A stretch of 64,000 nt of DNA from Gammaproteobacteria bacterium. Lineage in GTDB: Bacteria; Pseudomonadota; Gammaproteobacteria; Eutrophobiales; Eutrophobiaceae. This document shows, piece by piece, positions 30,416 to 39,355 of the stretch (position 1 is its first letter; each line of letters begins with the position of its first letter). Location of the stretch: positions 1,088,001 to 1,152,000 of the forward strand of contig CBDCTH010000012.1 of the NCBI GenBank assembly GCA_965222155.1. The letters run 5' to 3'. The notes under the pieces are model-generated. The model was given only the letters and a program-made list of their open reading frames with translations. It searched no databases and was not told the origin of the DNA. The position numbers and the translations under genes are program-made.

Positions 30416-31126
30416 TCACAAAGTATGTGTTTGCCTTGGGAAGGGGGCGGGGTCGATGGCATTCTTTTCCAGTTCAGCAAATACCCGGGTGCTGGTTTCC
30501 AGCGTTCTCTGGATATGAAATTCTGTTGCCGCGCAGGCTGCGTCCACGTCACGGGACAGGGTTGTTTCCATGATTTTCAGGTGTTCCAGGTGAACATCCC
30601 GATTTTCTTCATGGGCCAATATGGCAATGAAGCGGTATCTCTTGTGTTGTTCGTAGAGTAGATGATGTAAGCGTAGCAGCCAGGGGGAGGCACAGGCGGC
30701 AATCAGGGCCTCATGAAATTCTTCGTTGCGCCGCTCCCACTCGCCCAGGTTCTTGCCATAGCTTTGTTCGGCTTTTTGCAGGCGGTGATGCGCCGCAACC
30801 AGGTTTGCTTCCCATTCATCGTCGCCGTTCCTGATGCTTTCCCGCAGCGCCTCGCATTCAAGCATGATGCGCATGCGACTCAGGTCCTGGAGGTCGTTCA
30901 TGGAAATGGGTGCAACCTTGAATCCCCGTTGTTCCTCGACCGTGACAAACCCTTCACCGGCAAGCCTGTTCAATGCTTCCCGCAACGGGCTTGCCCCGAT
31001 CTGGTAATCTTCCCGCAGTTCCTCGATGCGGAGTTTGGCGCCCGGTACCAGTTTACCGGCTATGATGTCGGAGCGAAGCTGGTTGTAGGAGGATTCAACC
31101 AGCGTTCTGGCAGGTGAAGGTGGCAT
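30416..31126 (-). CDS. GntR/FCD-family transcriptional regulator, divergent from the aromatic cluster
   Basis: wHTH LRSDII.G.L.PG.KLRI..L...YQIGASPLREAL..L..EG.V; FCD motifs NEEFH and EHLKI. Confidence 0.9.
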   Translation of the reverse strand: MPPSPARTLVESSYNQLRSDIIAGKLVPGAKLRIEELREDYQIGASPLREALNRLAGEGFVTVEEQRGFKVAPISMNDLQDLSRMRIMLECEALRESIRNGDDEWEANLVAAHHRLQKAEQSYGKNLGEWERRNEEFHEALIAACASPWLLRLHHLLYEQHKRYRFIAILAHEENRDVHLEHLKIMETTLSRDVDAACAATEFHIQRTLETSTRVFAELEKNAIDPAPFPRQTHTL

Positions 31127-31166
31127 TGTCAGGAGCTATTTATGATTATATTTGCTACCATATCAG

Positions 31167-31208
31167 AATATCGATAAAATAAACAAATATCGATTTTCAT
31201 TGATTTTC
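31167..31208. promoter_or_regulatory. Candidate GntR operator (repeated ATATCGAT boxes) in the divergent promoter
   Basis: AATATCGATAAAAT (31167) and AAATATCGATTTTC (31185); same core at 41828. Confidence 0.5.
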
Positions 31209-31227
31209 TAATACTATAAATAACAAC

Positions 31228-32019
31228 ATGCTGGAATTATATACCCATCCGATGTCACCTTGCTCCCAGAAGGTGCGAATTGTGCTGGCGGAAAAGAGTC
31301 TTGACTGGGAGAAACGTCACGTGAACCTGGCGGAAAAGGAGAACCTGACTCCGGCATATCTCAGGTTGAATCCCCTCGGTGTCGTGCCGACCCTGGTAGA
31401 CGGGGGGAATCCGGTCATCGAATCATCCATTATCTGTGAGTACCTGGAAGACAAATTCCCCGGGCCGGGACTGCGACCTGATAATCCCTACCACAGGGCA
31501 CAGATGCGTTTCTGGATGAAACACGTGGACATCAAGGTTCATCCCAGTTGCGGCGCTTTGCAATGGCCGTTGTTGATGGCGGACAAACTCTTGCAAATGT
31601 CGGAGGCGCAGAGGGATGCCATGATCGACCGGGTTGTGGAAAAACCTCGGCGCGAACGCCAGCGGCGTCTGTTGAAGCAGGGTTATGACGCCCCTGATGT
31701 CGTTGACGCCGTCGCTACGTATGAGAAAACCATTGCCGATATGGAACAGTTATTGAGCGGGCAGGAGTGGCTGGCGGGTGACCGGTTTTCCCTGGCTGAC
31801 GCGGCTATGGCGCCGTATTTTCAAACCCTGTATCAATTTGGCTGGACCGACTGGTACCGGAACCGTAAAAATGTCGCGGCCTGGTATGAAAGATGTCTGA
31901 ATCGTCCATCCTATCAAACAGGAGTTGCGGCCGATTTCCCCGCGCAAAAACTGGCTGAACTGAAAAGCAAGGGCGCAACGCCCTGGCAAAAAATACAAGA
32001 GCATCTCGGGGCAGGGTAA
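31228..32019 (+). CDS. Glutathione S-transferase with N-terminal S-P-C-S motif
   Basis: LYTHPMSPCSQKVR, LNPLGVVPTL, IESSIICEYL, WLAGDRFSLAD. Confidence 0.88.
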   Translation: MLELYTHPMSPCSQKVRIVLAEKSLDWEKRHVNLAEKENLTPAYLRLNPLGVVPTLVDGGNPVIESSIICEYLEDKFPGPGLRPDNPYHRAQMRFWMKHVDIKVHPSCGALQWPLLMADKLLQMSEAQRDAMIDRVVEKPRRERQRRLLKQGYDAPDVVDAVATYEKTIADMEQLLSGQEWLAGDRFSLADAAMAPYFQTLYQFGWTDWYRNRKNVAAWYERCLNRPSYQTGVAADFPAQKLAELKSKGATPWQKIQEHLGAG

Positions 32020-32040
32020 ACAACAGAGAATAGTATTTTG

Positions 32041-32068
32041 ACTGGATTCCGGCATTCACCGGAATGAC
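32041..32068. repeat. Family A arm
   Basis: ACTGGATTCCGGCATTCACCGGAATGAC. Confidence 0.8.
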
Positions 32069-32110
32069 GGGGAGAGCATGAATGATAACGCCTGTAGCAG
32101 GAAGATATAG

Positions 32111-32536
32111 ATGAAAGTTACTGTAGAGCAGAACAATATCCACTGGGAAGCAGCCCATGCGCTGGTACAGGCCGCAGTAAAGCAGGCTGATGAAATGAAC
32201 GTAACAGTCAACGTCGCGGTGGTGGACAGCGGCGGTCACCTGGCTGCTTTCCTGCGCATGCCGGGTTCGGCGTTCCACTCCGTTGACGTGGCCATAAGTA
32301 AGGCTTACACGGCTATGAGTTTCGGTATGCCTACGTCACAGTGGCAGAATGTCATCGATAATTTGTCTGTTCCGTGTCAAACGGGCCTGCCGTCGGTGGA
32401 TCGGTTGATGACTTGCGGCGGGGGTGTCCCCATAGAAGTCGATGGGCTTCGCATCGGCGCCATCGGCGTCTCCGGGGCGAGTGAAAAACAGGATGAGGAA
32501 ATTGCAGAAAATGCGCTGAAAATTCTGCATGAATGA
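32111..32536 (+). CDS. GlcG/HbpS (DUF336) haem-binding protein
   Basis: VAVVDSGGHL.AFLRM, KAYTA, GGVPI...GAIGVSGAS..QD. Confidence 0.88.
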   Translation: MKVTVEQNNIHWEAAHALVQAAVKQADEMNVTVNVAVVDSGGHLAAFLRMPGSAFHSVDVAISKAYTAMSFGMPTSQWQNVIDNLSVPCQTGLPSVDRLMTCGGGVPIEVDGLRIGAIGVSGASEKQDEEIAENALKILHE

Positions 32537-32540
32537 TATT

Positions 32541-32615
32541 TGGGGTCAGAGTAAAAATACAGTCAGTTTGGCAAGTGGTAGTAGCTTGTTGTTGAGTATT
32601 TTTACTCTGACCCCA
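32541..32615. repeat. Perfect 20 bp inverted repeat (REP-like, family C)
   Basis: TGGGGTCAGAGTAAAAATAC (32541-32560) and GTATTTTTACTCTGACCCCA (32596-32615). Confidence 0.85.
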
Positions 32616-32648
32616 TGGACTGCAAGTCTGGTATGAGGGTTCGGGTTA

Positions 32649-34139
32649 ATGCACGCAAAAGTAGAACAAGTCTTTTCAGGTACGCCGTTTTGTCATTTCG
32701 TTAACGGCGAATTTATCGGATCTGCCGGCGGCAGGATGTTCGATACGCTTAACCCGGCAACGGGTGAGGCCTATGCACAGGTGCATGAAGCGGGCAGGGA
32801 AGAGGTCGACGCGGCAGTCAACGCTGCCCGTGCCGCCTTGACGGGATCCTGGGGCGCAATGACGGTACAGCAACGGGTCGCGTTATTGTATGACCTGGCC
32901 GACGGGATTAATGCCCGGTTCGATGATTTTCTTGAAGCGGAATGCCTTGATACCGGCAAACCCTGGTCATTGGCCAGGCACGTCGATATTCCACGGGGCG
33001 CGGCCAACTTCAAAATCTTTGCGGATATCATCAAGAACGTCCCCGCAGAATCCTTCATGATGGATACCCCGGACGGGGCCGGGGCGCTGAATTATGCGTT
33101 GCGCGTACCCAAGGGTGTTATCGGTGTCATCTGTCCCTGGAATCTGCCCTTGCTGCTGATGACCTGGAAAGTCGGGCCGGCACTGGCCTGCGGTAACACC
33201 GTCGTTGTCAAACCGTCGGAGGAAACCCCCGCGACGGCAACCCTGCTGGGCGAGGTGATGAATTCAGTAGGTATACCCGCGGGAGTATACAACGTAGTGC
33301 ATGGTTTCGGTCCCGATTCCGCCGGTCAGTTTCTGACTGAGCATCCGGGCGTGGACGCCATTACGTTTACCGGTGAAACGGTCACGGGCACCCAAATCAT
33401 GAAGGCCGCGGCAGTCGGCCTGCGCGACGTATCGTTTGAACTGGGCGGAAAGAACGCGGGAGTGGTGTTTGCCGACTGTGATATGGATAAGGCCATAGAG
33501 GGGACTACGCGCTCTGCGTTTGCCAATTGCGGCCAGGTTTGCCTGGGAACGGAAAGGGTTTACGTTGAACGGCCTGTGTTCGCCGAATTCGTGCAACGGC
33601 TCAAACTGGGTGCGGAAAACCTGGCGCCGGGACGACCTGAACTGGCAACGACCACCCTGGGACCCATGATCAGCCGGCAGCAAAGGGAAAAGGTGCTGTC
33701 CTATTATCGAAAGGCCAGGGAGGAGGGGGCAGAAATTATTACCGGCGGCGCTGTTCCGCAAGTGCCTGATGAACTTGGAGGCGGTTTCTGGGTGGAACCG
33801 ACTATCTGGACGGGTTTGCCCGAGTCAGCGCCGGTTATTCGAGAGGAGATCTTCGGTCCCTGCTGTCATATTCAGCCCTTTGATGAAGAATCGGAGGTAA
33901 TCAGCATGGCTAACGATACGCCTTACGGGCTGGCAACGGCAATATGGACGGGTGACGCGGCGCGTGCACATCGGGTTGCCGCTGCCATTGAGGTTGGTAT
34001 TACCTGGGTTAATTGCTGGTTCCTGCGGGATCTCAGGACACCTTTCGGCGGCTCCAAACAATCGGGCATCGGCCGGGAAGGTGGTGTACACTCGCTGGAG
34101 TTCTATACTGAAATGCGCAACGTGTGTTTGAAATTGTAA
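32649..34139 (+). CDS. dmpC: 2-hydroxymuconic semialdehyde dehydrogenase
   Basis: HVDIPRGAANF, PWNLPLLLMTWKVGPALA, ELGGKN, NCGQVCLGTER, WFLRDLRTPFGGSKQSGIGREGGVHSLEFY. Confidence 0.93.
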   Translation: MHAKVEQVFSGTPFCHFVNGEFIGSAGGRMFDTLNPATGEAYAQVHEAGREEVDAAVNAARAALTGSWGAMTVQQRVALLYDLADGINARFDDFLEAECLDTGKPWSLARHVDIPRGAANFKIFADIIKNVPAESFMMDTPDGAGALNYALRVPKGVIGVICPWNLPLLLMTWKVGPALACGNTVVVKPSEETPATATLLGEVMNSVGIPAGVYNVVHGFGPDSAGQFLTEHPGVDAITFTGETVTGTQIMKAAAVGLRDVSFELGGKNAGVVFADCDMDKAIEGTTRSAFANCGQVCLGTERVYVERPVFAEFVQRLKLGAENLAPGRPELATTTLGPMISRQQREKVLSYYRKAREEGAEIITGGAVPQVPDELGGGFWVEPTIWTGLPESAPVIREEIFGPCCHIQPFDEESEVISMANDTPYGLATAIWTGDAARAHRVAAAIEVGITWVNCWFLRDLRTPFGGSKQSGIGREGGVHSLEFYTEMRNVCLKL

Positions 34140-34145
34140 ACATTT

Positions 34146-34433
34146 GCCACAGAGGACACAGAGAACACAGAGAACACAGAGAAAAATCGTTCCGTCATTC
34201 CGGGCAGGCCCCTGCCTTACAACATGCCAGGGCAGGCCTGGAATCCAGTAGCCAGAATTTCCTTATCAGTAGGGAATAATTTTTCGACTGGATTCCTGCT
34301 TCCGCAGGAATGGCGGGGTCGGACGCAGGAATGGCGGGGTCGGACGCAAATGGCGGGGTCGGGCGTAGGAATGGCGGGATCGGACGCAGGAATGGCAGAA
34401 GTCAAACTCTGTGTTCTCTGTACTCTCTGTGGC
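34146..34433. repeat. Nested composite repeat: outer GCCACAGAG/CTCTGTGGC arms, family A doublet, TTACAACATG hairpin, 21 bp tandem run
   Basis: (ACACAGAG.)n at 34146-34181; family A arms at ~34194 and ~34287; CGCAGGAATGGCGGGGTCGGA about 4.5 times; CTCTGTGGC at the end. Confidence 0.85.
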
Positions 34434-34457
34434 TGAAGATAATAAAAGAGCGAGAAA

Positions 34458-35249
34458 ATGACTTTTGCTGCAGACAAAATACTATCCTACGGTAATACAC
34501 TCTACGATTGTCTACGCAAGCGCAATACTATCGAGCCGTTAACGGAGCAGGAGGCTGATATTACCATTGAGGACGCCTATCGTATTGCACTGCAATTGTT
34601 GCAGCGACGACTGGGCGATGGTGAAAAAATCATCGGTAAAAAAATCGGCGCTACCAGCAAGGCCGTACAAAATATGTTGAAGGTGAACCAGCCGGATTTT
34701 GGTTACCTGACTGACCGCATGGTCTATAACAACGGCGATGAAATGCCCATCAGTTCGGTACTAATCCAGCCCAAGGCAGAAGGAGAAATAGCGTTTATCC
34801 TGAAACACGACCTGGAAGGGCCGGGCGTGACCAATGCCGCCGTCCTGCGGGCGACGGAATGCGTGATGCCTTGTTTTGAAATAGTCGATTCACGCATCAA
34901 GGATTGGAAAATCAAGATCCAGGATACCATTGCCGATAATGCCTCCTGTGGTCTGTTCATGCTGGGTGACCGGGCCGTTGACCCGCGGCGCGTTGACCTG
35001 GTGACCTGCGGTATGGTGCATTCAAAGAACGGCGAAGTCATTGCCACGGGCGCCGGCGCCGCGGCCCTGGGATCGCCGGTTAACTGTGTTGCCTGGCTGG
35101 CGAATACCCTGGGCGAATTCGGCATCAAGCTGGAGGCCGGTGAGGTGATCCTGTCGGGTTCCCTGGTTCCCCTGCATCCGATAGTGCCGGGAGACTCGAT
35201 GAATTTATCCATTGGCGCTATCGGCAATGCATCAGTCCGGTTTACATAA
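34458..35249 (+). CDS. dmpE: 2-oxopent-4-enoate hydratase
   Basis: GKKIGATSKAVQNML.VNQPDFG, IQPKAEGE, EIVDSRIKDWKIKIQDTIADNAS. Confidence 0.92.
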   Translation: MTFAADKILSYGNTLYDCLRKRNTIEPLTEQEADITIEDAYRIALQLLQRRLGDGEKIIGKKIGATSKAVQNMLKVNQPDFGYLTDRMVYNNGDEMPISSVLIQPKAEGEIAFILKHDLEGPGVTNAAVLRATECVMPCFEIVDSRIKDWKIKIQDTIADNASCGLFMLGDRAVDPRRVDLVTCGMVHSKNGEVIATGAGAAALGSPVNCVAWLANTLGEFGIKLEAGEVILSGSLVPLHPIVPGDSMNLSIGAIGNASVRFT

Positions 35250-35256
35250 TTGATTT

Positions 35257-35514
35257 GCCACAGAGGACACAGAGTATACAAACAACGACACGACGACGCG
35301 ACGACACGACGTCATACTGGCGAATGCCAGTATCCAGTGAACTGATATTCATTACAATAAGGAATGATTTTTTGACTGGATTCCGGCATTCGCCGGCATG
35401 ACGGGAATGGCAGGAATCAGACTCTGTACTGTAAGGAATGATTTTTTGACTGGATTTTCGGCATTCGCCGGCATGACAGGAATGTCAGGAATCAAACTCT
35501 GTGTCCTCTGTGGC
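35257..35514. repeat. Nested composite repeat with a duplicated right arm
   Basis: GCCACAGAGGACACAGAG; ACGACACG iterations; family A left arm at ~35310; two right arms at ~35374 and ~35448; CTCTGTGTCCTCTGTGGC. Confidence 0.85.
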
Positions 35515-35540
35515 TGATATTAGATTAAGAGGTTGATGAT

Positions 35541-36449
35541 ATGAAAGTAAATGCTGCCCTGGTCGGTTCCGGGAATATCGGAACGGACCTGATGATGAAG
35601 GCGTTACGCAGTGACTGGATCAATCCGGTCTGGATGGTGGGGATAGATCCTGCCTCGGACGGTTTGGCGAAGGCGAGAGCCAGCGGTTTGAGGACCACCC
35701 ACGCGGGGGTGGATGATCTGCTTGAGCATATCGATGCTGACGGCATCAAGATTGCTTTTGATGCGACTTCCGCTTATATCCATCTGGAAAACTCCAGGAA
35801 ACTGGAGGCGCGCGGCGTGCTGGTTATCGACCTGACGCCGGCAGCCATCGGCCCTTACTGTGTGCCGCCCGTTAACCTGCAGGAGCACGTAGGCAGACAG
35901 GAGACCAATGTGAACATGGTCAGTTGCGGCGGGCAGGCTACAATCCCCATGGTCGCGGCGGTGAGCAGGGTGCAACCGGTGAAATATGCTGAGATCGTTG
36001 CCACGGTGGCGTCAAAGTCCGCAGGGCCAGGCACGCGCAAAAACATCGACGAATTCACCCGCACCACGGCTGACGGCATAGAACAGGTCGGCGGCGCCAA
36101 ACAAGGCAAGGCGATCATCATCCTCAACCCGGCGGAACCCCCCATGATTATGCGCGATACCATCCATTGCCTGACGGAAGACACTCCAGATGAGGACGCG
36201 ATCACAAAATCCGTCCATGACATGATCAGGGAAGTGCAAAGATACGTGCCGGGATATAAATTGAAAAACGGACCGGTGTTCGACGGCAACCGTGTGTCCA
36301 TTTTCATGGAAGTGAAAGGTCTGGGGGATTATCTGCCGGAATATGCGGGTAACCTGGACATTATGACTGCTGCCGCGTTACGCACCGGTGAGATGTTTGC
36401 GGAGGAAATCATTAATGGCGAGTTGCAGTTGGAAGCTGTTAACGCCTGA
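35541..36449 (+). CDS. dmpF: Acetaldehyde dehydrogenase (acylating)
   Basis: [59 protein letters not shown]. Confidence 0.95.
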   Translation: MKVNAALVGSGNIGTDLMMKALRSDWINPVWMVGIDPASDGLAKARASGLRTTHAGVDDLLEHIDADGIKIAFDATSAYIHLENSRKLEARGVLVIDLTPAAIGPYCVPPVNLQEHVGRQETNVNMVSCGGQATIPMVAAVSRVQPVKYAEIVATVASKSAGPGTRKNIDEFTRTTADGIEQVGGAKQGKAIIILNPAEPPMIMRDTIHCLTEDTPDEDAITKSVHDMIREVQRYVPGYKLKNGPVFDGNRVSIFMEVKGLGDYLPEYAGNLDIMTAAALRTGEMFAEEIINGELQLEAVNA

Positions 36450-36461
36450 GGAGATGAAGCC

Positions 36462-37529
36462 ATGAACCTGACAGGTAAAAAAGTCAAACTACATGATATG
36501 TGTCTGCGTGACGGGATGCACGCCAAAGGCCACCAGATCAGCATAGAGCAAATGATAAGCGTTGCTTCGGCGCTCGACGATGCGGGCATTCACCTTATCG
36601 AGGTGACCCACGGTGACGGACTGGGCGGCGCTTCCATCAATTACGGTTTCCCCGCCAGTTCGGATGAGGAATATCTGCGGGCAGTCATCCCGCGTATGAA
36701 AAATGCAAAAATCTCGGCGTTATTGTTGCCCGGGATAGGCACCGTGGATCATTTGAACATGGCACGGGATTGCGGTGTTCATACCATTCGCGTCGCTACC
36801 CACTGCACGGAAGCGGATGTGTCCGAACAACACATCAGTTCCGCCCGAAAGCTTGACCTGGATACGGTCGGTTTCCTGATGATGGCGCACATGGTGGAGC
36901 CGCAACATCTGCTTGCCCAAGCCAGGTTGATGGAATCTTACGGAGCCAATTGTATCTATTGCACCGATTCAGCCGGCTACATGTTGCCGGATGATGTCAC
37001 GGCCCGTATCGGGGCCTTGCGCGAAGGGTTGAATGAAGACACGGAGATTGGTTTTCATGGGCACCATAATATGGCTATGGGTATTGCCAACTCATTGGCA
37101 GCCGTCGAGGCCGGCGCGGATCGGATTGATGGTTCTGCGGCGGGTTTAGGCGCCGGCGCCGGCAACACCCCCCTGGAAGTATTCAACGCGGTGCTGGACC
37201 GGATGGGCGTTAAAACCGGCGTGGACGTATACAAGTTGATGAACGTGGCGGAGGACAATGTAGTGCCCATGATGGACCAGCAGATCCGGGTTGACCGTGA
37301 TTCACTGATTATGGGCTATGCGGGCGTGTATTCCTCTTTTCTCCTGCACGCTAAACGTGTGGGGAAAAAATACAATCTTCCTTCCGGGGATATCCTGGTT
37401 GAACTGGGGAAGATGAAAACTATCGGCGGCCAGGAAGACATGATAGAAGACGTTGCGCTGAACATGGTACGCGCACGCCGGGAATTAAAGCCTGCCCCTG
37501 CAGGTCGTAAGCAGGGGGTGGCGCAATGA
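36462..37529 (+). CDS. dmpG: 4-hydroxy-2-oxovalerate aldolase
   Basis: [46 protein letters not shown]. Confidence 0.95.
   Translation: MNLTGKKVKLHDMCLRDGMHAKGHQISIEQMISVASALDDAGIHLIEVTHGDGLGGASINYGFPASSDEEYLRAVIPRMKNAKISALLLPGIGTVDHLNMARDCGVHTIRVATHCTEADVSEQHISSARKLDLDTVGFLMMAHMVEPQHLLAQARLMESYGANCIYCTDSAGYMLPDDVTARIGALREGLNEDTEIGFHGHHNMAMGIANSLAAVEAGADRIDGSAAGLGAGAGNTPLEVFNAVLDRMGVKTGVDVYKLMNVAEDNVVPMMDQQIRVDRDSLIMGYAGVYSSFLLHAKRVGKKYNLPSGDILVELGKMKTIGGQEDMIEDVALNMVRARRELKPAPAGRKQGVAQ
37489..37517. repeat. Small hairpin element in frame in the dmpG 3' end, overlapping the dmpH RBS
   Basis: AGCCTGCCCCTGCAGGTCGTAAGCAGGGG; its reverse complement matches the intergenic hairpin at ~6300-6325. 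Confidence 0.65.
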
Positions 37530-38314
37530 CGCTGGACCAGGCCACGATCAGCCAACTGGCAGAGCACCTGGAAAATGCCGAGTTGAACAGGCAGCCGGTG
37601 ACGAAAATCACCGATGCTCACCCGGAACTTGACTGGGATGACGCCTATTCCATCCAGTATGAGATCCGCCGTCGTAAAACAGAGCGCGGTGGTAAAATCG
37701 TCGGTCTGAAAATGGGTTTGACCTCCCAGGCAAAAATGAAACAGATGGGCGTGGCTACGCCGGTGTATGGGTTTTTGTCTGATTACGGCAGTTATGCCGA
37801 CGGCGCAGAAATCGATACGGGGGCGTTTATCCATCCCCGGGTGGAAGCGGAAGTGGCCGTTATGACCAGGACAGAGTTGGCCGGGCCGGGTTGTCATATC
37901 GGCCAGGTGTTGCCGGCCATAGATTTCATTACCGGGGCAGTGGAGATCATAGATTCCCGTTATGAAAATTTTCGGTTTGACCTGAAAAGTGTCATTGCCG
38001 ATAATACTTCAGCCGCAGGTTTTGTCTGCGGCAGCGTGATTCGGGATGCGGCTGAGGTGGACCTGCCGACCCTTGGGGTTGTAATGGAGAAAAACGGCGA
38101 AGTAGTGGAAACCGGCGCAGGCGCTGCAGTACTGGGGCATCCCGCGTCCAGCGTGGCCATGCTGGCAAACATGCTGGCGGCGCGCGGAGAAGTCATACCT
38201 GCCGGGACGTTTATCATGACCGGCGGCATAACGGCAGCCGTTGCAGTGGGGAAGGGCGATGCTGTTAATGTGCGTTTTCAGGGCCTGGGCAAGGTCAGTT
38301 TCCGAATGATCTGA
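37526..38314 (+). CDS. dmpH: 4-oxalocrotonate decarboxylase
   Basis: [46 protein letters not shown]. Confidence 0.92.
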   Translation: MTLDQATISQLAEHLENAELNRQPVTKITDAHPELDWDDAYSIQYEIRRRKTERGGKIVGLKMGLTSQAKMKQMGVATPVYGFLSDYGSYADGAEIDTGAFIHPRVEAEVAVMTRTELAGPGCHIGQVLPAIDFITGAVEIIDSRYENFRFDLKSVIADNTSAAGFVCGSVIRDAAEVDLPTLGVVMEKNGEVVETGAGAAVLGHPASSVAMLANMLAARGEVIPAGTFIMTGGITAAVAVGKGDAVNVRFQGLGKVSFRMI

Positions 38315-38365
38315 GGGCATCATAACCTGCCAGGATAGCCATACAATAATAATGAAGGGGGGATA

Positions 38366-39355
38366 TTGTTTAATAACATAACCAAGAACCTGGCCAGGGT
38401 TGCACATTGTTGCCTGTTGGCTGTTATCTTTATGCTGTCTTCCGGCTGTGAAGCGCCGCTGGTATTGGACGAAGTGGAAACAGCCGAACGGTCTCCGCTA
38501 CGCAGGACGGATAATTTTCAGGCAGTCGGTTCCTTCGGGCAGAATATTGTTGCGGTGGGAGCAAGCGGAGTCATCCTGACGTCAGGGGACAGCGGGGCCA
38601 CCTGGCAACGGCAGCAAATTCCTTCCTGGCCTTCCTTCCTGGATATCACCAGTTGCAGTGACGGCCTGTTCGCCGCATTGGCCTTTGAAGGCGAAGTGTG
38701 GCTTTCCAGCGACGCCGGCCTGACCTGGAGCCAGAGTAAACTCACTACCGAGGAGGCGCCGCAGTCTATCCAGTGCGACCCCGCAGATAATTTGTGGGTG
38801 GTAGGCAGTTTTTCCACCGTATCGATCAGCCGGGATGGCGCTGCGACCTGGGAGGTGTCCTCCCGGGATGAAGACATGATTTACACGGATATCCAGTTTT
38901 TTGATGAGCGGACCGCTTACATCGCCGGTGAATTCGGTTCCCTGCTGAAAACCAGGGATGCCGGAGCCACCTGGGAATCAATGCCCATCATGCCCGATGA
39001 GTTTTATCCGCAGAGCATGTATTTTGAAGATCTGGACAAGGGCTGGATTGCCGGCCTGGGCGGTGTCGTCCTTGAAACGTCTGACGGCGGACAGAGCTGG
39101 CAGATACAGGCTACCGGCAGCCTGGTCACCTTGTACACCCTGGCTAAATCCAACGGTAATGTATTCGTCGTCGGTGGTGAAGGCACCATATTCCGTTATG
39201 ACGGAGGAAAGTGGGCGCCGGTCGATCACGGCCAACCGTTCCGCCTGTACCTGCGCGGGATACAGCCCCTGGCTGGTCACCGCTTGATCGTCAGCGGTCC
39301 CGGGGGCGTATTGCACGTCTTTTCAATTGAAGAACTACTGAACAGTGATAATTAA
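38366..39355 (+). CDS. YCF48/BNR-repeat beta-propeller lipoprotein
   Basis: Lipobox-like LSSGC; repeated Asp-box S.D.G.TW motifs; TTG start after a G-rich RBS. Confidence 0.85.
   Translation: MFNNITKNLARVAHCCLLAVIFMLSSGCEAPLVLDEVETAERSPLRRTDNFQAVGSFGQNIVAVGASGVILTSGDSGATWQRQQIPSWPSFLDITSCSDGLFAALAFEGEVWLSSDAGLTWSQSKLTTEEAPQSIQCDPADNLWVVGSFSTVSISRDGAATWEVSSRDEDMIYTDIQFFDERTAYIAGEFGSLLKTRDAGATWESMPIMPDEFYPQSMYFEDLDKGWIAGLGGVVLETSDGGQSWQIQATGSLVTLYTLAKSNGNVFVVGGEGTIFRYDGGKWAPVDHGQPFRLYLRGIQPLAGHRLIVSGPGGVLHVFSIEELLNSDN

Noticed and set aside
34303-34400. CRISPR-like short repeats (also 50333-50660)
   Set aside because: Head-to-tail 9 bp and 21 bp minisatellites with no spacers.
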